IMG/VR virus record: IMGVR_UViG_3300017963_000283 | Coordinates: 1-63,881 of that record | Strand: one strand, 5' to 3' | Source of the DNA: a virus | Taxonomy: Duplodnaviria > Caudoviricetes | Length of the DNA stretch: 63,881 nt | Shown: in pieces, positions 46,564 to 55,617 of the stretch | Numbering within the stretch: position 1 is the first letter of the stretch | How the letters are laid out: each line of letters starts with the position of its first letter | Notes under the pieces: model-generated | What the model saw: the letters and a program-made list of their open reading frames with translations, nothing else | What the model was told of the DNA's origin: nothing | The model's database searches: none | Translations under genes and position numbers: made by a program

Positions 46564-46748
46564 GGATTGTGCTTTTAAGTTGGAAGGAAACATCTTTTGA
46601 TCGAACGTCCTGGCATGAAGTATTTGCTTGGGTTCCAAAGATTATAGATACGAAAACAAGTGTTTATTTTGTCTGGCTGGAAACGGTAGAGCGTAGATGG
46701 TGCGATCCAGGTACGGGCGGTTGGGAATATAGGATGGTACCGAAATGA
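46560..46748 (+). CDS. Small Trp-rich protein (paralogue of 53372-53566)
   Basis: W..VFAW.P, VWLE.VERR, WEYR. Confidence 0.6.
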   Translation: MRIVLLSWKETSFDRTSWHEVFAWVPKIIDTKTSVYFVWLETVERRWCDPGTGGWEYRMVPK

Positions 46749-47440
46749 CTATTCACTATCACGGTACTCCGATAACACCGAAGAATATCCTACAACTCCT
46801 TGCCGGACATCACTTTTGCGTTAGTTTTTCAGATCCCAGAGATGTGAAGACCTGTCATCAAATAGGCCAAAGTGTGATGCTCGACAATGGCGCTTTTACC
46901 TTTTGGACACAGGGAAAAGAAGTTGATTGGAATGAATACTATAAATGGGTTGATCCTTGGCTTGACTATGCTACAACCTGGGCGGTGATTCCAGATGTGA
47001 TTGATGGTGGAACGGATCTGAATGACTCGCTGATTGCGAAATGGCCGTTTGGTAAAAGAGGAGCACCTGTATGGCACTTAGACGAACCGTTGAAGAGACT
47101 TTGTGAGTTGGCTGAGAATTGGGACAAGATTTGTTTTGGCTCCTCTGGGGTGTTTGCCAAAGTGGGTTCAAATCCTTGGCAGGGGCGCATCGCTCAGGCG
47201 TTTGAAGAATTGAGCAAACAGTTCAAGCGGTTGCCGTGGATACACATGATGCGGGGCATGAATCAGTGTGGAAAGATTTGGCCTTTTGCCTCTGTGGATT
47301 CTACCGACATAGCCAGAAACCACCATAAAAGCAATGCGGTTGCGATGGCTGCGTCTTGGGACACGATCCAGTGTCCAGGTAAATGGATTCCGTATGAACA
47401 ACTAAAAATGACAGAAGTGGATGAGTGGCGGAATTATTGA
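46745..47440 (+). CDS. tRNA-guanine transglycosylase / DpdA-like protein
   Basis: HYHGTPITP, MLDNGAF, IPDVI.G, PVWH, IHMMRG, SVDST. Confidence 0.7.
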   Translation: MTIHYHGTPITPKNILQLLAGHHFCVSFSDPRDVKTCHQIGQSVMLDNGAFTFWTQGKEVDWNEYYKWVDPWLDYATTWAVIPDVIDGGTDLNDSLIAKWPFGKRGAPVWHLDEPLKRLCELAENWDKICFGSSGVFAKVGSNPWQGRIAQAFEELSKQFKRLPWIHMMRGMNQCGKIWPFASVDSTDIARNHHKSNAVAMAASWDTIQCPGKWIPYEQLKMTEVDEWRNY

Positions 47441-47441
47441 A

Positions 47442-48323
47442 ATGAGTTGGGTGGTCTTTCTCGGCGGTAGTGAATCGCACCGGCCATTTGTGGAAGCGGC
47501 ACGGCAGCAGTACCGTATTGTGATGTTTGACGTGGATGCGGCGGCGCCATGCCGGGAACTGGCAGACGAGTTTCAGGCTGTTAGCTGTCATGACTACTGG
47601 GAGATGAGTTCGCACTGTGAAATGCTGGACGGCATTGCCGGTGTCATGTCCCATTGCTCGGCAGTCCAGGCGATCAAGGCACGGGCGGAACTAGCTGAGG
47701 ATTTCGGCTTGCCGTGCTATTCACCATTGGTGGCCAAGGTGGTTTACAACAAAGCGAAATGGAAGGCTAAGTTGTCTAAAGAAGTAGATGAACTTGGGAT
47801 AGGGTGGATGGCAACACCGGAGTTCTGCAAGCTGGACGGAAACGACTTGGGCTACAGCTGGCATGGGCAGTCGCTGATGAAGCCGATTCATGGCTTTGGC
47901 GGTGATGGTGTGGTGCCGGGTTTCTTTGCCTGTAACTGGGAGTATCCGGGCTGGATGCTCGAGAGCTTTGTGGATGGTGCCGAGTACAGTATCAACGGTT
48001 ACAGGCGCGGCGGCGACATTGGCCTGCTGGCCATTCTGCGCAAGTTCTCATTTCGGGAATATCTAAGCGTGGCCTGGGAGGAGCGGTTTCAGCGCGTAGC
48101 ACAGCGGGTGCTGTACTGGCTAGGCATTAACCACAGCTTTTTCGCAGTGGATGTGATTGACGACGGGGAGAAGCTGTGGGTGATAGATGTGGGGCTGCTG
48201 CTTGATTCGGGTGTGGATGTGCTGTTGACGCGCTATGGCCGGGCGCCGTATGAGCTGGCGGTGCAGCTGGCTACCGGTGCTGAGCTGCAGCCGTGGGGAA
48301 CATTGGAAGCGGGGTGTTCATGA
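47442..48323 (+). CDS. ATP-grasp ligase 1 (divergent)
   Basis: FLGG..H, APC..LAD, NKAKWK, MKP..G.GG.GV, ESFVDG.EYS.NG. Confidence 0.7.
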   Translation: MSWVVFLGGSESHRPFVEAARQQYRIVMFDVDAAAPCRELADEFQAVSCHDYWEMSSHCEMLDGIAGVMSHCSAVQAIKARAELAEDFGLPCYSPLVAKVVYNKAKWKAKLSKEVDELGIGWMATPEFCKLDGNDLGYSWHGQSLMKPIHGFGGDGVVPGFFACNWEYPGWMLESFVDGAEYSINGYRRGGDIGLLAILRKFSFREYLSVAWEERFQRVAQRVLYWLGINHSFFAVDVIDDGEKLWVIDVGLLLDSGVDVLLTRYGRAPYELAVQLATGAELQPWGTLEAGCS

Positions 48324-49279
48324 AAAGCGTGCTGATGATCGGCAAGGGCATTCAGGAAGAGCTGGCAATACCGATAGTCGAGGCTGAAGGTTACCGCTGC
48401 TTGACAACGGACAGGGACAAGAAGCGCAAGCCGGACTGCCGCATAGACGGCAAAGACTACAGCGGCTTGGTTGGATGGGCGGATGGTGCTGGTGTGGCTG
48501 GTGTGTTTACTTTTACCGAAATGGTGGAGTCGATGGCACAGGTAGCGGCCAGGCTAGGTCTGCCAGGTGTTAATATCGAGTCGGCATACTACTGCCAGAA
48601 CAAGCACTTGGCTTATATGTGCTGGGCCGATCCGCTGCACAATATACCGCATCCAGAGGTCAAGTATGTCTGCGACTACAATGCTGAGTTTGTAGCCAAG
48701 CCGCTGCGGGGCTGTGGTGGTAGCGGTATTGTTGGCTTTACGGGTCCGGCACTGGTGCAGCAGAAAGTAGAGGGCACACACCACGACATCAATGGCCTGT
48801 TCTATGACCACCAGTTTATCCCGCTGGGCATCAGCGACCGCTTCTTCGATAACAACTTCAACGAAGTTGAGATACGCATTCCAACGGCACTACCAGAGGA
48901 CCGGCAGCAGGAGTTGTACGGGCTGGTAGAAAGCGGGGCTCGTGCACTGGGTATCGAATGGGGCCCAGTTAAGGCAGATGCTGTATTCGACGGACAGCGA
49001 TTTTATCTGCTGGAAATGGCACCGCGATTGCACGGGCCTCGTAATTCTCTAATGGCATGGCCGGCGGCTGGGTTTTCGCCGCTGATACCGGCCATTCATG
49101 TGATAGCCGGGGGTGCGCCAGTGGCGTATGAGGTGTGCTGTGACTGTAGGGTGATTGGGCAGACGATAACGGTGATTCAGGCGAGTGAATATGTAGAGCG
49201 TTATGTTGGGTGGCCGCACGAACTGATATATGCGCTGGATGATAGCTCGGTGTTCTTAATAAAGCAGGGGAAGCTGTAG
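48320..49279 (+). CDS. ATP-grasp ligase 2
   Basis: IGKG..E, KP..G.GG.G, GPVKAD, LLEMAPRLHG. Confidence 0.75.
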   Translation: MKSVLMIGKGIQEELAIPIVEAEGYRCLTTDRDKKRKPDCRIDGKDYSGLVGWADGAGVAGVFTFTEMVESMAQVAARLGLPGVNIESAYYCQNKHLAYMCWADPLHNIPHPEVKYVCDYNAEFVAKPLRGCGGSGIVGFTGPALVQQKVEGTHHDINGLFYDHQFIPLGISDRFFDNNFNEVEIRIPTALPEDRQQELYGLVESGARALGIEWGPVKADAVFDGQRFYLLEMAPRLHGPRNSLMAWPAAGFSPLIPAIHVIAGGAPVAYEVCCDCRVIGQTITVIQASEYVERYVGWPHELIYALDDSSVFLIKQGKL

Positions 49280-49281
49280 CA

Positions 49282-49428
49282 ATGAGAGTAGGTAAGCGGG
49301 GCCGAAAGTGGGTTTATGTCGTTGCCGGGATTTGGCTGATGCTGTTGCCGTTCGGGGTTTCCTTTGAAGTTGATCCTATTTTTGTGGCCGGTGCGCTCCT
49401 GTTGTTGATTGGAGTAGAAATTGGATAG
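49282..49428 (+). CDS. Small 2-TM protein (not in ORF track)
   Basis: MRVGKRGRKWVYVVAGIWLMLLPFGVSFEVDPIFVAGALLLLIGVEIG. Confidence 0.45.
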   Translation: MRVGKRGRKWVYVVAGIWLMLLPFGVSFEVDPIFVAGALLLLIGVEIG

Positions 49429-50602
49429 CAGTTTTGATTTGGTGCATTGTGACCGAGAGGGCTACTGGACAGAAAAGTCTGACAGGTTTTGCTTTTTGTG
49501 TGGGAAAAGCAATTCGGTTCAGTTCTATTTGAAGAATTGGATAATTGCGGGGCTTGGTACGGTAAAGATTGGATTCAAGCGGTGTCTCGATTGTGGTTTG
49601 GTGTATCAGTCGCCAGCGGTCGATCCGCACAAATATGACGAGAGTTATGCTACTGGGACTATTTATTGTTCTTGTAGATCAGAGCCTTCAAGCGAAAAGA
49701 AATATGCAATCGAGCGTCAGTTGAATTTTATAAAAGACTTGGTGCCTGACCCTGGATGCGCACTTCAGATTGGATGCTCAGACGGTTACACCATTTCTTG
49801 TTTTCGTGAACTAGGTTGGGATTGCATCGGTGTCGATCCCTGTATTGCCACTTCTAAGATTGCGAAGGAGAGATATGGCGTTGATGTTGAGGTGGCTTTT
49901 TTTGAAAACTGGGCGATAAAGGACAACTCTCAATATGATCTGATTATTGCCACTCATGTTATTGAGCACTTGATGAATCCTTTTGATGTGCTTATTCCAG
50001 CTGTTTCCAAGCTGAAGCCTGGTGGTTATTTCTTACAGGAAGTGCCCCTTTTTGAAAAACAGGATCTTTGGCCACCGGCTTATTTCAGCCTGGGCCATGT
50101 CAACTACTTTTCTCGTGCTGCAATGTTGAGACTGCTGGCCAATGTCAATCTTGAGTCGGTAGGTGACCTCGTAACGGTCGATACGGGCTTGGAGTATCCG
50201 TATTACACGAGCCTATCAAGAAAAACCAGCGATTCGACGGAAGCGGAAAATTATTGCAAAAGACAGGATGAGCATTGGGCCAAGGTAGATCATAAGTTGC
50301 GCAAAGAGTTGCGCGGTATTGATCGAGTTGTGGTTTGGGGTGCCGGTGTTCACACGACCTATCTATTTGCACATACGGGAATAGAAGATTACGCAAATGT
50401 AGACTTTCTGGTGGATGTGGACCAGTCAAAACAGGCATCCGGCTTCGGTGATTATCAGGTATGTTCGCCGGAAGCAATAGACTTCAAGGACTCGACATTG
50501 GCCATAGTTGTTTCCTCATATTCTGCCGAGTCGGAAATTCTGGAAACGATTTGGGGTAAATGTGGAAATGCAAAGGTAATTGGTTTGTATGAACAAGACT
50601 GA
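49421..50602 (+). CDS. Class I SAM methyltransferase, sugar-methyltransferase architecture
   Basis: Zn ribbon CFLCG/CLDCGLVY, QIGCSDG, HVIEH, C-terminal VWGAG.HT domain. Confidence 0.85.
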   Translation: MDSSFDLVHCDREGYWTEKSDRFCFLCGKSNSVQFYLKNWIIAGLGTVKIGFKRCLDCGLVYQSPAVDPHKYDESYATGTIYCSCRSEPSSEKKYAIERQLNFIKDLVPDPGCALQIGCSDGYTISCFRELGWDCIGVDPCIATSKIAKERYGVDVEVAFFENWAIKDNSQYDLIIATHVIEHLMNPFDVLIPAVSKLKPGGYFLQEVPLFEKQDLWPPAYFSLGHVNYFSRAAMLRLLANVNLESVGDLVTVDTGLEYPYYTSLSRKTSDSTEAENYCKRQDEHWAKVDHKLRKELRGIDRVVVWGAGVHTTYLFAHTGIEDYANVDFLVDVDQSKQASGFGDYQVCSPEAIDFKDSTLAIVVSSYSAESEILETIWGKCGNAKVIGLYEQD

Positions 50603-50660
50603 AATGAAGACAGGGCCAGGAATGCGGCCATGCTGGTGATGAAAAACGAGGGGAGATGAC

Positions 50661-50990
50661 ATGGTGAGATGGTGGGTATTTTGTCTAGGTGTTTGCTTGT
50701 TTATTTGTCCTGGCTGTGGAAGACGACAGGAACAATCAGCGCAGAGGGCAAAGGTTCAGCTAGAAAAATGTGAGTTAGGCGGAGATGTGATTTTTGAAAG
50801 GCATCGCCTCAAGAGAAGATCTGAGTGGAGCAAGAATCCCTGTGACTGTTATCTAGACGATGCGGACAAGTTTATGGGCGAATTAAAACGGAGAAATGTT
50901 GAAATTTTGAGCATAGAGGTGATTTATACCGAGTGTAATCACAATCAAGTCCCGGTTGAGTTTCTAATAACTTATCGGGAGAAAAAATGA
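50661..50990 (+). CDS. Putative lipoprotein
   Basis: Hydrophobic N-terminus ending PGCG. Confidence 0.5.
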   Translation: MVRWWVFCLGVCLFICPGCGRRQEQSAQRAKVQLEKCELGGDVIFERHRLKRRSEWSKNPCDCYLDDADKFMGELKRRNVEILSIEVIYTECNHNQVPVEFLITYREKK

Positions 50991-51769
50991 ACAAGATTGA
51001 GATAGCCAAGCACATCCGCAGGCGCCTTCTACAGCTCATCTATGAGGCCAAGTCCGGCCATCCCGGGGGCTCGCTGTCCTGTGTGGAAATACTGGTGCAG
51101 TTGTACTGGGACACGATGATTGATGACTGCGACAAGTTCATCTTGTCTAAAGGCCATGCCTGTCCGGCCTGGTATGCGGTGCTGGAGTGTATGTGTGAGG
51201 AGCACAAGTACAGCTGGGAAGCGGCCAAGCTGCGGGAGTTCGGCAGCAAGTACCAGGGCCATCCATCGGTGTGGCATTTGCCGGAAGTGAAAACATCCAC
51301 AGGTAGCTTGGGCCAGGGCTTCGGCTTTGCTGCAGGTGTGGCACTAGGTAAGAAGGCACTGCGGCGGCGGGAGCGGGTGTATGTGCTGCTGGGCGATGGC
51401 GAGCTGCAAGAGGGGATGGTGTGGGAGACGGCTATGTTCGCAGCACATTACAAGCTGAAGAAGCTGTGCGCCATTGTGGACTACAACAAGATGCAGTCGG
51501 ATGACTACGTGGCCAATGTCATGGGACTCGAGCCGCTGATGGACAAGTGGAAGGCGTTTGGCTGGGATGTCTACGAGGTAGACGGCCACAGCTATGACGA
51601 GCTGGGCGCGGCGCTGGGGCGGCTGGGCAAGCGAAATATGCCGCTGGCGGTCATAGCGCATACGGTGAAGGGTAAGGGTGTGAAGTACATGGAAGGGGAT
51701 CCGGCTTGGCACGGTAGTGTTGAGTTGAGCGGAGAGCAGTTCGAGGAGGCGGTAAATGGACTGGTTTGA
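50987..51769 (+). CDS. Transketolase-like ThDP enzyme, N-terminal subunit
   Basis: GHPGGSLS, ILSKGHA, STGSLGQG, GDGELQEG..WE...DYN, HTVKGKG. Confidence 0.95.
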   Translation: MNKIEIAKHIRRRLLQLIYEAKSGHPGGSLSCVEILVQLYWDTMIDDCDKFILSKGHACPAWYAVLECMCEEHKYSWEAAKLREFGSKYQGHPSVWHLPEVKTSTGSLGQGFGFAAGVALGKKALRRRERVYVLLGDGELQEGMVWETAMFAAHYKLKKLCAIVDYNKMQSDDYVANVMGLEPLMDKWKAFGWDVYEVDGHSYDELGAALGRLGKRNMPLAVIAHTVKGKGVKYMEGDPAWHGSVELSGEQFEEAVNGLV

Positions 51770-51893
51770 ATTGATTAACACATGGATTGAACAACCAGCA
51801 AGTAGGGCGGACGCCCTTTTTATTGCAGGGGTCATTTGCTTTATTTTTACACTTGCTCATCTGTTGGATCATGAAAGGCAGGAGAGGCGGTAA
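51756..51893 (+). CDS. 45-aa TM peptide between direct repeats (not in ORF track)
   Basis: MDWFELINTWIEQPASRADALFIAGVICFIFTLAHLLDHERQERR. Confidence 0.45.
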   Translation: MDWFELINTWIEQPASRADALFIAGVICFIFTLAHLLDHERQERR

Positions 51894-52115
51894 ATGGACT
51901 TGATTGACAGGTTTCAGGAATACATTGACAAGCAAAATGTCAGTCTTTTGATTTGGATTGGAGATCCTGAAATTGGAGGACCAAGAGAAATTGTCACATC
52001 AAAAAAACAGGTGCTTTTTATGAATTGTGGTGACATGCCGCTGCGAGAGGCCATTGAGGTGGTAATGATTGCCGATCTAAATGTGAGGCCAGAGGGTAAG
52101 CTAAATGCAAGCTAA
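51894..52115 (+). CDS. Hypothetical protein
   Basis: Starts inside the repeat GAGGCGGTAAATGGACT. Confidence 0.5.
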   Translation: MDLIDRFQEYIDKQNVSLLIWIGDPEIGGPREIVTSKKQVLFMNCGDMPLREAIEVVMIADLNVRPEGKLNAS

Positions 52116-53094
52116 GTCAGTCACAGAAGCAGATAGCAACCGTGAAGCATTTGGTCGCGCACTGGTAGAACTGGCCAAGAAGCACAAGTTCTTCGTCTTG
52201 GATGCAGACGTAGCAGGCGGTACAGGTGTTCACCACTTCCGCACAGCCTATCCCAAGCGGTACTTCAACTGCGGTATAGCTGAGCAGAGCATGGTATGTA
52301 TAGCGGCTGGACTGCAGGCCGAGACTGACTGGCCGGTGTTTGTTACGACATTTGCGGCATTCGGTCTGCGGGCATGGGAACACATTCGGCTGTCTATCGG
52401 CTACTGTAACCGCAATGTCAAGGTAGTCTGCTCCCATCCCGGGCTGGACGTAGGGCCGGACGGTGCTTCGGCACAGTCTCTCGAGGACTTGGCCTGCTTT
52501 CGGGCCATACCCAAGCTGACGGTGGTGGCACCGGCAGATCCAGTTGAGACGGCTAGGGCAACAGAAGCGATTCTACTGGAGCCGGGGCCGGTGTACATGC
52601 GCACGGGCCGTAGCGTGGCCAGGCGGATCTATGGCGATGACTACAAGTTCAAGCTGCACTTCGGGGATGTGCTGCGCGACGGCTGTGATGTGACGATTTT
52701 TGCCTGCGGTGTCCAGGTGGCACGGGCTCTGGATGCGGCGGCAATTATGGCGGGCAGCATCGAGGCCAGGGTGGTCAACGTGCATACCATCAAGCCGCTG
52801 GACTATGTGCTAATTCACAAGTGCGCTGAGGAGACGGGCTGTTTTGTGGTAACAGAGGATCACAACGTACACGGCGGTCTGGGTAGCGCCATCATGGAAG
52901 CGATGCGGCTGTTCCCGGTACCAACGGCACAGGTAGGGGTGCGGGACCAGTTTGGGCAGTCCGGGGAGCCGGAGCAACTGGCCGAGGCTTATGGGCTGTC
53001 ACCGCTGCACATAGTCAGGGCGGCGCGGTCGGTAGTCAGGATAACTCAGGATCCGGGCTTGAGGGCGGCCTGGATGGGACGGAGGGCAGGATGA
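52105..53094 (+). CDS. Transketolase-like enzyme, C-terminal subunit
   Basis: REAFG, GIAEQ.M, GPDGAS.Q, PVYMR, TIKPLD, EDH...GGLG. Confidence 0.95.
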   Translation: MQAKSVTEADSNREAFGRALVELAKKHKFFVLDADVAGGTGVHHFRTAYPKRYFNCGIAEQSMVCIAAGLQAETDWPVFVTTFAAFGLRAWEHIRLSIGYCNRNVKVVCSHPGLDVGPDGASAQSLEDLACFRAIPKLTVVAPADPVETARATEAILLEPGPVYMRTGRSVARRIYGDDYKFKLHFGDVLRDGCDVTIFACGVQVARALDAAAIMAGSIEARVVNVHTIKPLDYVLIHKCAEETGCFVVTEDHNVHGGLGSAIMEAMRLFPVPTAQVGVRDQFGQSGEPEQLAEAYGLSPLHIVRAARSVVRITQDPGLRAAWMGRRAG

Positions 53095-53110
53095 GATTGG
53101 AGGTTAGATC

Positions 53111-53353
53111 ATGAAAGACTATGTTTACGCGAGGGATTATCGGAAAGGTTTTACCTACTGTAGGAGATGCAAACATTCGAGATCGGTGGCATGGGATTAT
53201 TCCTCTTCAATGTTGCCGGATGAAGGGCTACATCACACTATACGTTGTGGAGTCAACGAGAGAAATGCTGAAGATAAGAACACGGGTAATTGCAAGGACT
53301 ATGAGAAGGCCGATATTTTTACCAGAGCACTTCATTTCATGGACCTGTTTTAG
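53111..53353 (+). CDS. Hypothetical Cys-containing protein between direct repeats
   Basis: GGAGG RBS; YCRRCKH. Confidence 0.5.
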   Translation: MKDYVYARDYRKGFTYCRRCKHSRSVAWDYSSSMLPDEGLHHTIRCGVNERNAEDKNTGNCKDYEKADIFTRALHFMDLF

Positions 53354-53371
53354 TTGGGGACGGAGGGCAGG

Positions 53372-53566
53372 ATGAGATGGACTGAATGGGAGCCTAATTG
53401 GGACTGGGAAAAGTGGTTTGCCTGGAAGCCGGTCAAGGTCTTCAGCCGTTCAAGGGTTCAGTGGGTTTGGCTGGAATGGGTTGAGCGTAGAGTGATGAAA
53501 GTAGACAGGATGCGCTCTGGTATAAAACGGGCTCATTGGGAATACAGGGATAGGAGGGCAGGATGA
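53372..53566 (+). CDS. Small Trp-rich protein (paralogue of 46560-46748)
   Basis: WFAWKPV, VWLEWVERR, WEYR. Confidence 0.6.
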   Translation: MRWTEWEPNWDWEKWFAWKPVKVFSRSRVQWVWLEWVERRVMKVDRMRSGIKRAHWEYRDRRAG

Positions 53567-53901
53567 GTGATAAATGGGAATGGTTTGGTTATGCCCAACA
53601 TCTGATTGTTGCCCGTAGTTGTCATTTTCATTTAGCTACCCGTATCAACGGCAGATATTTGGTTTCAACTGTTGGTGATTATCGCCCTGGGGATAAAAGC
53701 AAGATGGAGAGCATCGGTTCAAACGAAGGGGATTATTTTGAGACATTTGTTTTCAACTGTACGTCCAAAATGGATTCTTGTGGGTGTTGTCCAGAGATCG
53801 AAAGCTATGAGGAGTTAGACGGTAGGAGATCTTCTTATGCTTGGGATGCTCAACGTATTCACCTCGAATATTGTGAGAAATACAGCAAGGAGCAGTCATG
53901 A
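53563..53901 (+). CDS. Hypothetical phage protein
   Basis: VSTV...YFETFVF...H pattern; ATGA overlaps. Confidence 0.6.
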   Translation: MSDKWEWFGYAQHLIVARSCHFHLATRINGRYLVSTVGDYRPGDKSKMESIGSNEGDYFETFVFNCTSKMDSCGCCPEIESYEELDGRRSSYAWDAQRIHLEYCEKYSKEQS

Positions 53902-54578
53902 GTATAGCCTTAGTTACAGGCGGCAACAGGGGCATCGGCAGGGCCATTGTCGAGGTACTGGAAGCGGCTGGCCATGACGTGATTTACACCTACCACATGA
54001 GGCGGGACGGCGGCGGGCGGCAGCTGGACATCGGCAAGCCGGAAGAGGTGCAGCAGTTTCTCAAGACAATACCACCGCCTGTCATCCTGGTGAACAATGC
54101 AGCTATGACCCAGGAGAAGCCGTTTCTGGAGATAACGGACGAGGAGTGGGGTCATATGCTGTCTGTGAATTTGCTGGGTGCGGTCACTCTGTGCCGGGTG
54201 GTGATACCGCACATGATAAAGAACGGCTGGGGCCGTATCGTCAATGTGGCTTCGATTGGCGGACAGTGGGGTGGTACAAATCAGGTCCACTATGCTGCAT
54301 CCAAGGCGGCGCTCATTAACTTCACGCAGTCGCTAGCGCGGTTGTACTCGCGGTTTGGCATTACCGTCAATGCTATAGCACCGGGGCTGGTACGAACGGA
54401 CATGAGCGGGCCGGAGCTTGAGACGGAAGCCGGGGCGATGAAGGCGGCGTCTATCCCGGTCGGTTGCGTGGCTGAGCCGAGAGACGTGGCCTACTGGGTA
54501 GAGGTGTTGGTGTCAAGCCGGGCTGGGTATATGACGGGGCAGACACTAAATGTAAACGGAGGGATGTACTTTGGATGA
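53898..54578 (+). CDS. Short-chain dehydrogenase/reductase (FabG-like)
   Basis: TGGNRGIG, LVNNA, YAASK, NAIAPG, TGQTLNVNGG. Confidence 0.95.
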   Translation: MSIALVTGGNRGIGRAIVEVLEAAGHDVIYTYHMRRDGGGRQLDIGKPEEVQQFLKTIPPPVILVNNAAMTQEKPFLEITDEEWGHMLSVNLLGAVTLCRVVIPHMIKNGWGRIVNVASIGGQWGGTNQVHYAASKAALINFTQSLARLYSRFGITVNAIAPGLVRTDMSGPELETEAGAMKAASIPVGCVAEPRDVAYWVEVLVSSRAGYMTGQTLNVNGGMYFG

Positions 54579-54774
54579 GGTAGAAAGAGCGCATTTACGA
54601 GATAGTACAAGGTGTCCATATTGTGAAAGGTTTTCAGTTTCGCCCAATCCATCAGAAGTGGAGGATGTTTATATCGGTGGTGAAAAGCTGGACCGAGACA
54701 AGTGGATTGACTTGGTTTGTTTGGCATGTGGAACTACGTCGATAGTTTTGGTTGATCGGAGAAAGAATGGATAA
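54571..54774 (+). CDS. Small Zn-ribbon protein
   Basis: CPYC...CLACG. Confidence 0.5.
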   Translation: MDEVERAHLRDSTRCPYCERFSVSPNPSEVEDVYIGGEKLDRDKWIDLVCLACGTTSIVLVDRRKNG

Positions 54775-54900
54775 CAGGTGGATAGAAACATGGCTGGACC
54801 GGTGGTTTCCGTACTTTATTGCTATTGTAATGGTGCTGATGGTGCCGACGCTAGTAGTGGTGATGGTATGGTTTTTTCTGGACCTGGCGGGGGTGATGTG

Positions 54901-55152
54901 ATGCTGCGAAAGGTTGTGCTTTGGGTTCTAATATTTCCGCTCTTCATGATTTGTGCTGCGGTTATAGCACTACTTGCTTTTGGGGTCCCGTTTATCGCCG
55001 CCTGGTGTGTATTTAGCTTGATAGGTGGGGGCTTTTGGGGATGGTTTCTTGCTGTGTGGATATTTATGGCCGGTTTAACCATGGAAGGTATGATTGTGGC
55101 AAGCGAGGGTTCCGCTAGTGGCGGACCACCAGATTATCCGGGATTGATGTGA
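54901..55152 (+). CDS. Small membrane protein
   Basis: 2-3 hydrophobic segments; start refined. Confidence 0.45.
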   Translation: MLRKVVLWVLIFPLFMICAAVIALLAFGVPFIAAWCVFSLIGGGFWGWFLAVWIFMAGLTMEGMIVASEGSASGGPPDYPGLM

Positions 55153-55224
55153 GCCGCAGGACAACAATACCCAAGCCGGTACAAGGGCGGGCGCAAGCGT
55201 CCAGACTGGACACTGGAGGATGAG

Positions 55225-55617
55225 TTGAAATTGAATAAGAGTGAGCTTAATGGGTTGAAAACGAATATTGTGCTTGAAATTGACAAGGGTGAAAAAGTTG
55301 AAGAGTTTGTGCGGCTTGGTAAGTGTGGGGACTTCAAATGTGGCGGCGGTATGTTCACGGGTGACAGTGATGTCTTCATTGAAATAGATTCTTTTTCAGA
55401 AGCAGGGAGGGAGTCTATTCCAGAAGTTATTGAGCTTCTTAGGAATCCTCCCAATAACAACGTAAGAGAAAACAGTTTCAGGCTTATGGATTTGGACACC
55501 AATGAGCTTGTTTGTTTTAAAGCTGAGATTAAGCTCGCTAGTTTTCTGGGTCGCTATAAATTTCTTTTGGTTATTTCTGTGTGTTCCTTGGAAATAAAGG
55601 AGTTGTTTTTCCTTTGA
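55225..55617 (+). CDS. Hypothetical AT-rich protein
   Basis: GGAGG RBS; stop overlaps the next TTG start. Confidence 0.45.
   Translation: MKLNKSELNGLKTNIVLEIDKGEKVEEFVRLGKCGDFKCGGGMFTGDSDVFIEIDSFSEAGRESIPEVIELLRNPPNNNVRENSFRLMDLDTNELVCFKAEIKLASFLGRYKFLLVISVCSLEIKELFFL

Noticed and set aside
51804-51821. Terminator AGGGCG-GA-CGCCCT-TTTT between the transketolase subunits
   Set aside because: Very short loop and lies within a plausible small ORF; not enough support
50987-53094. Transketolase as a pentose-phosphate auxiliary metabolic gene
   Set aside because: It is the short two-subunit type, flanked by SDR, ATP-grasp and methyltransferase genes, with no tal/zwf/gnd; sugar tailoring fits better
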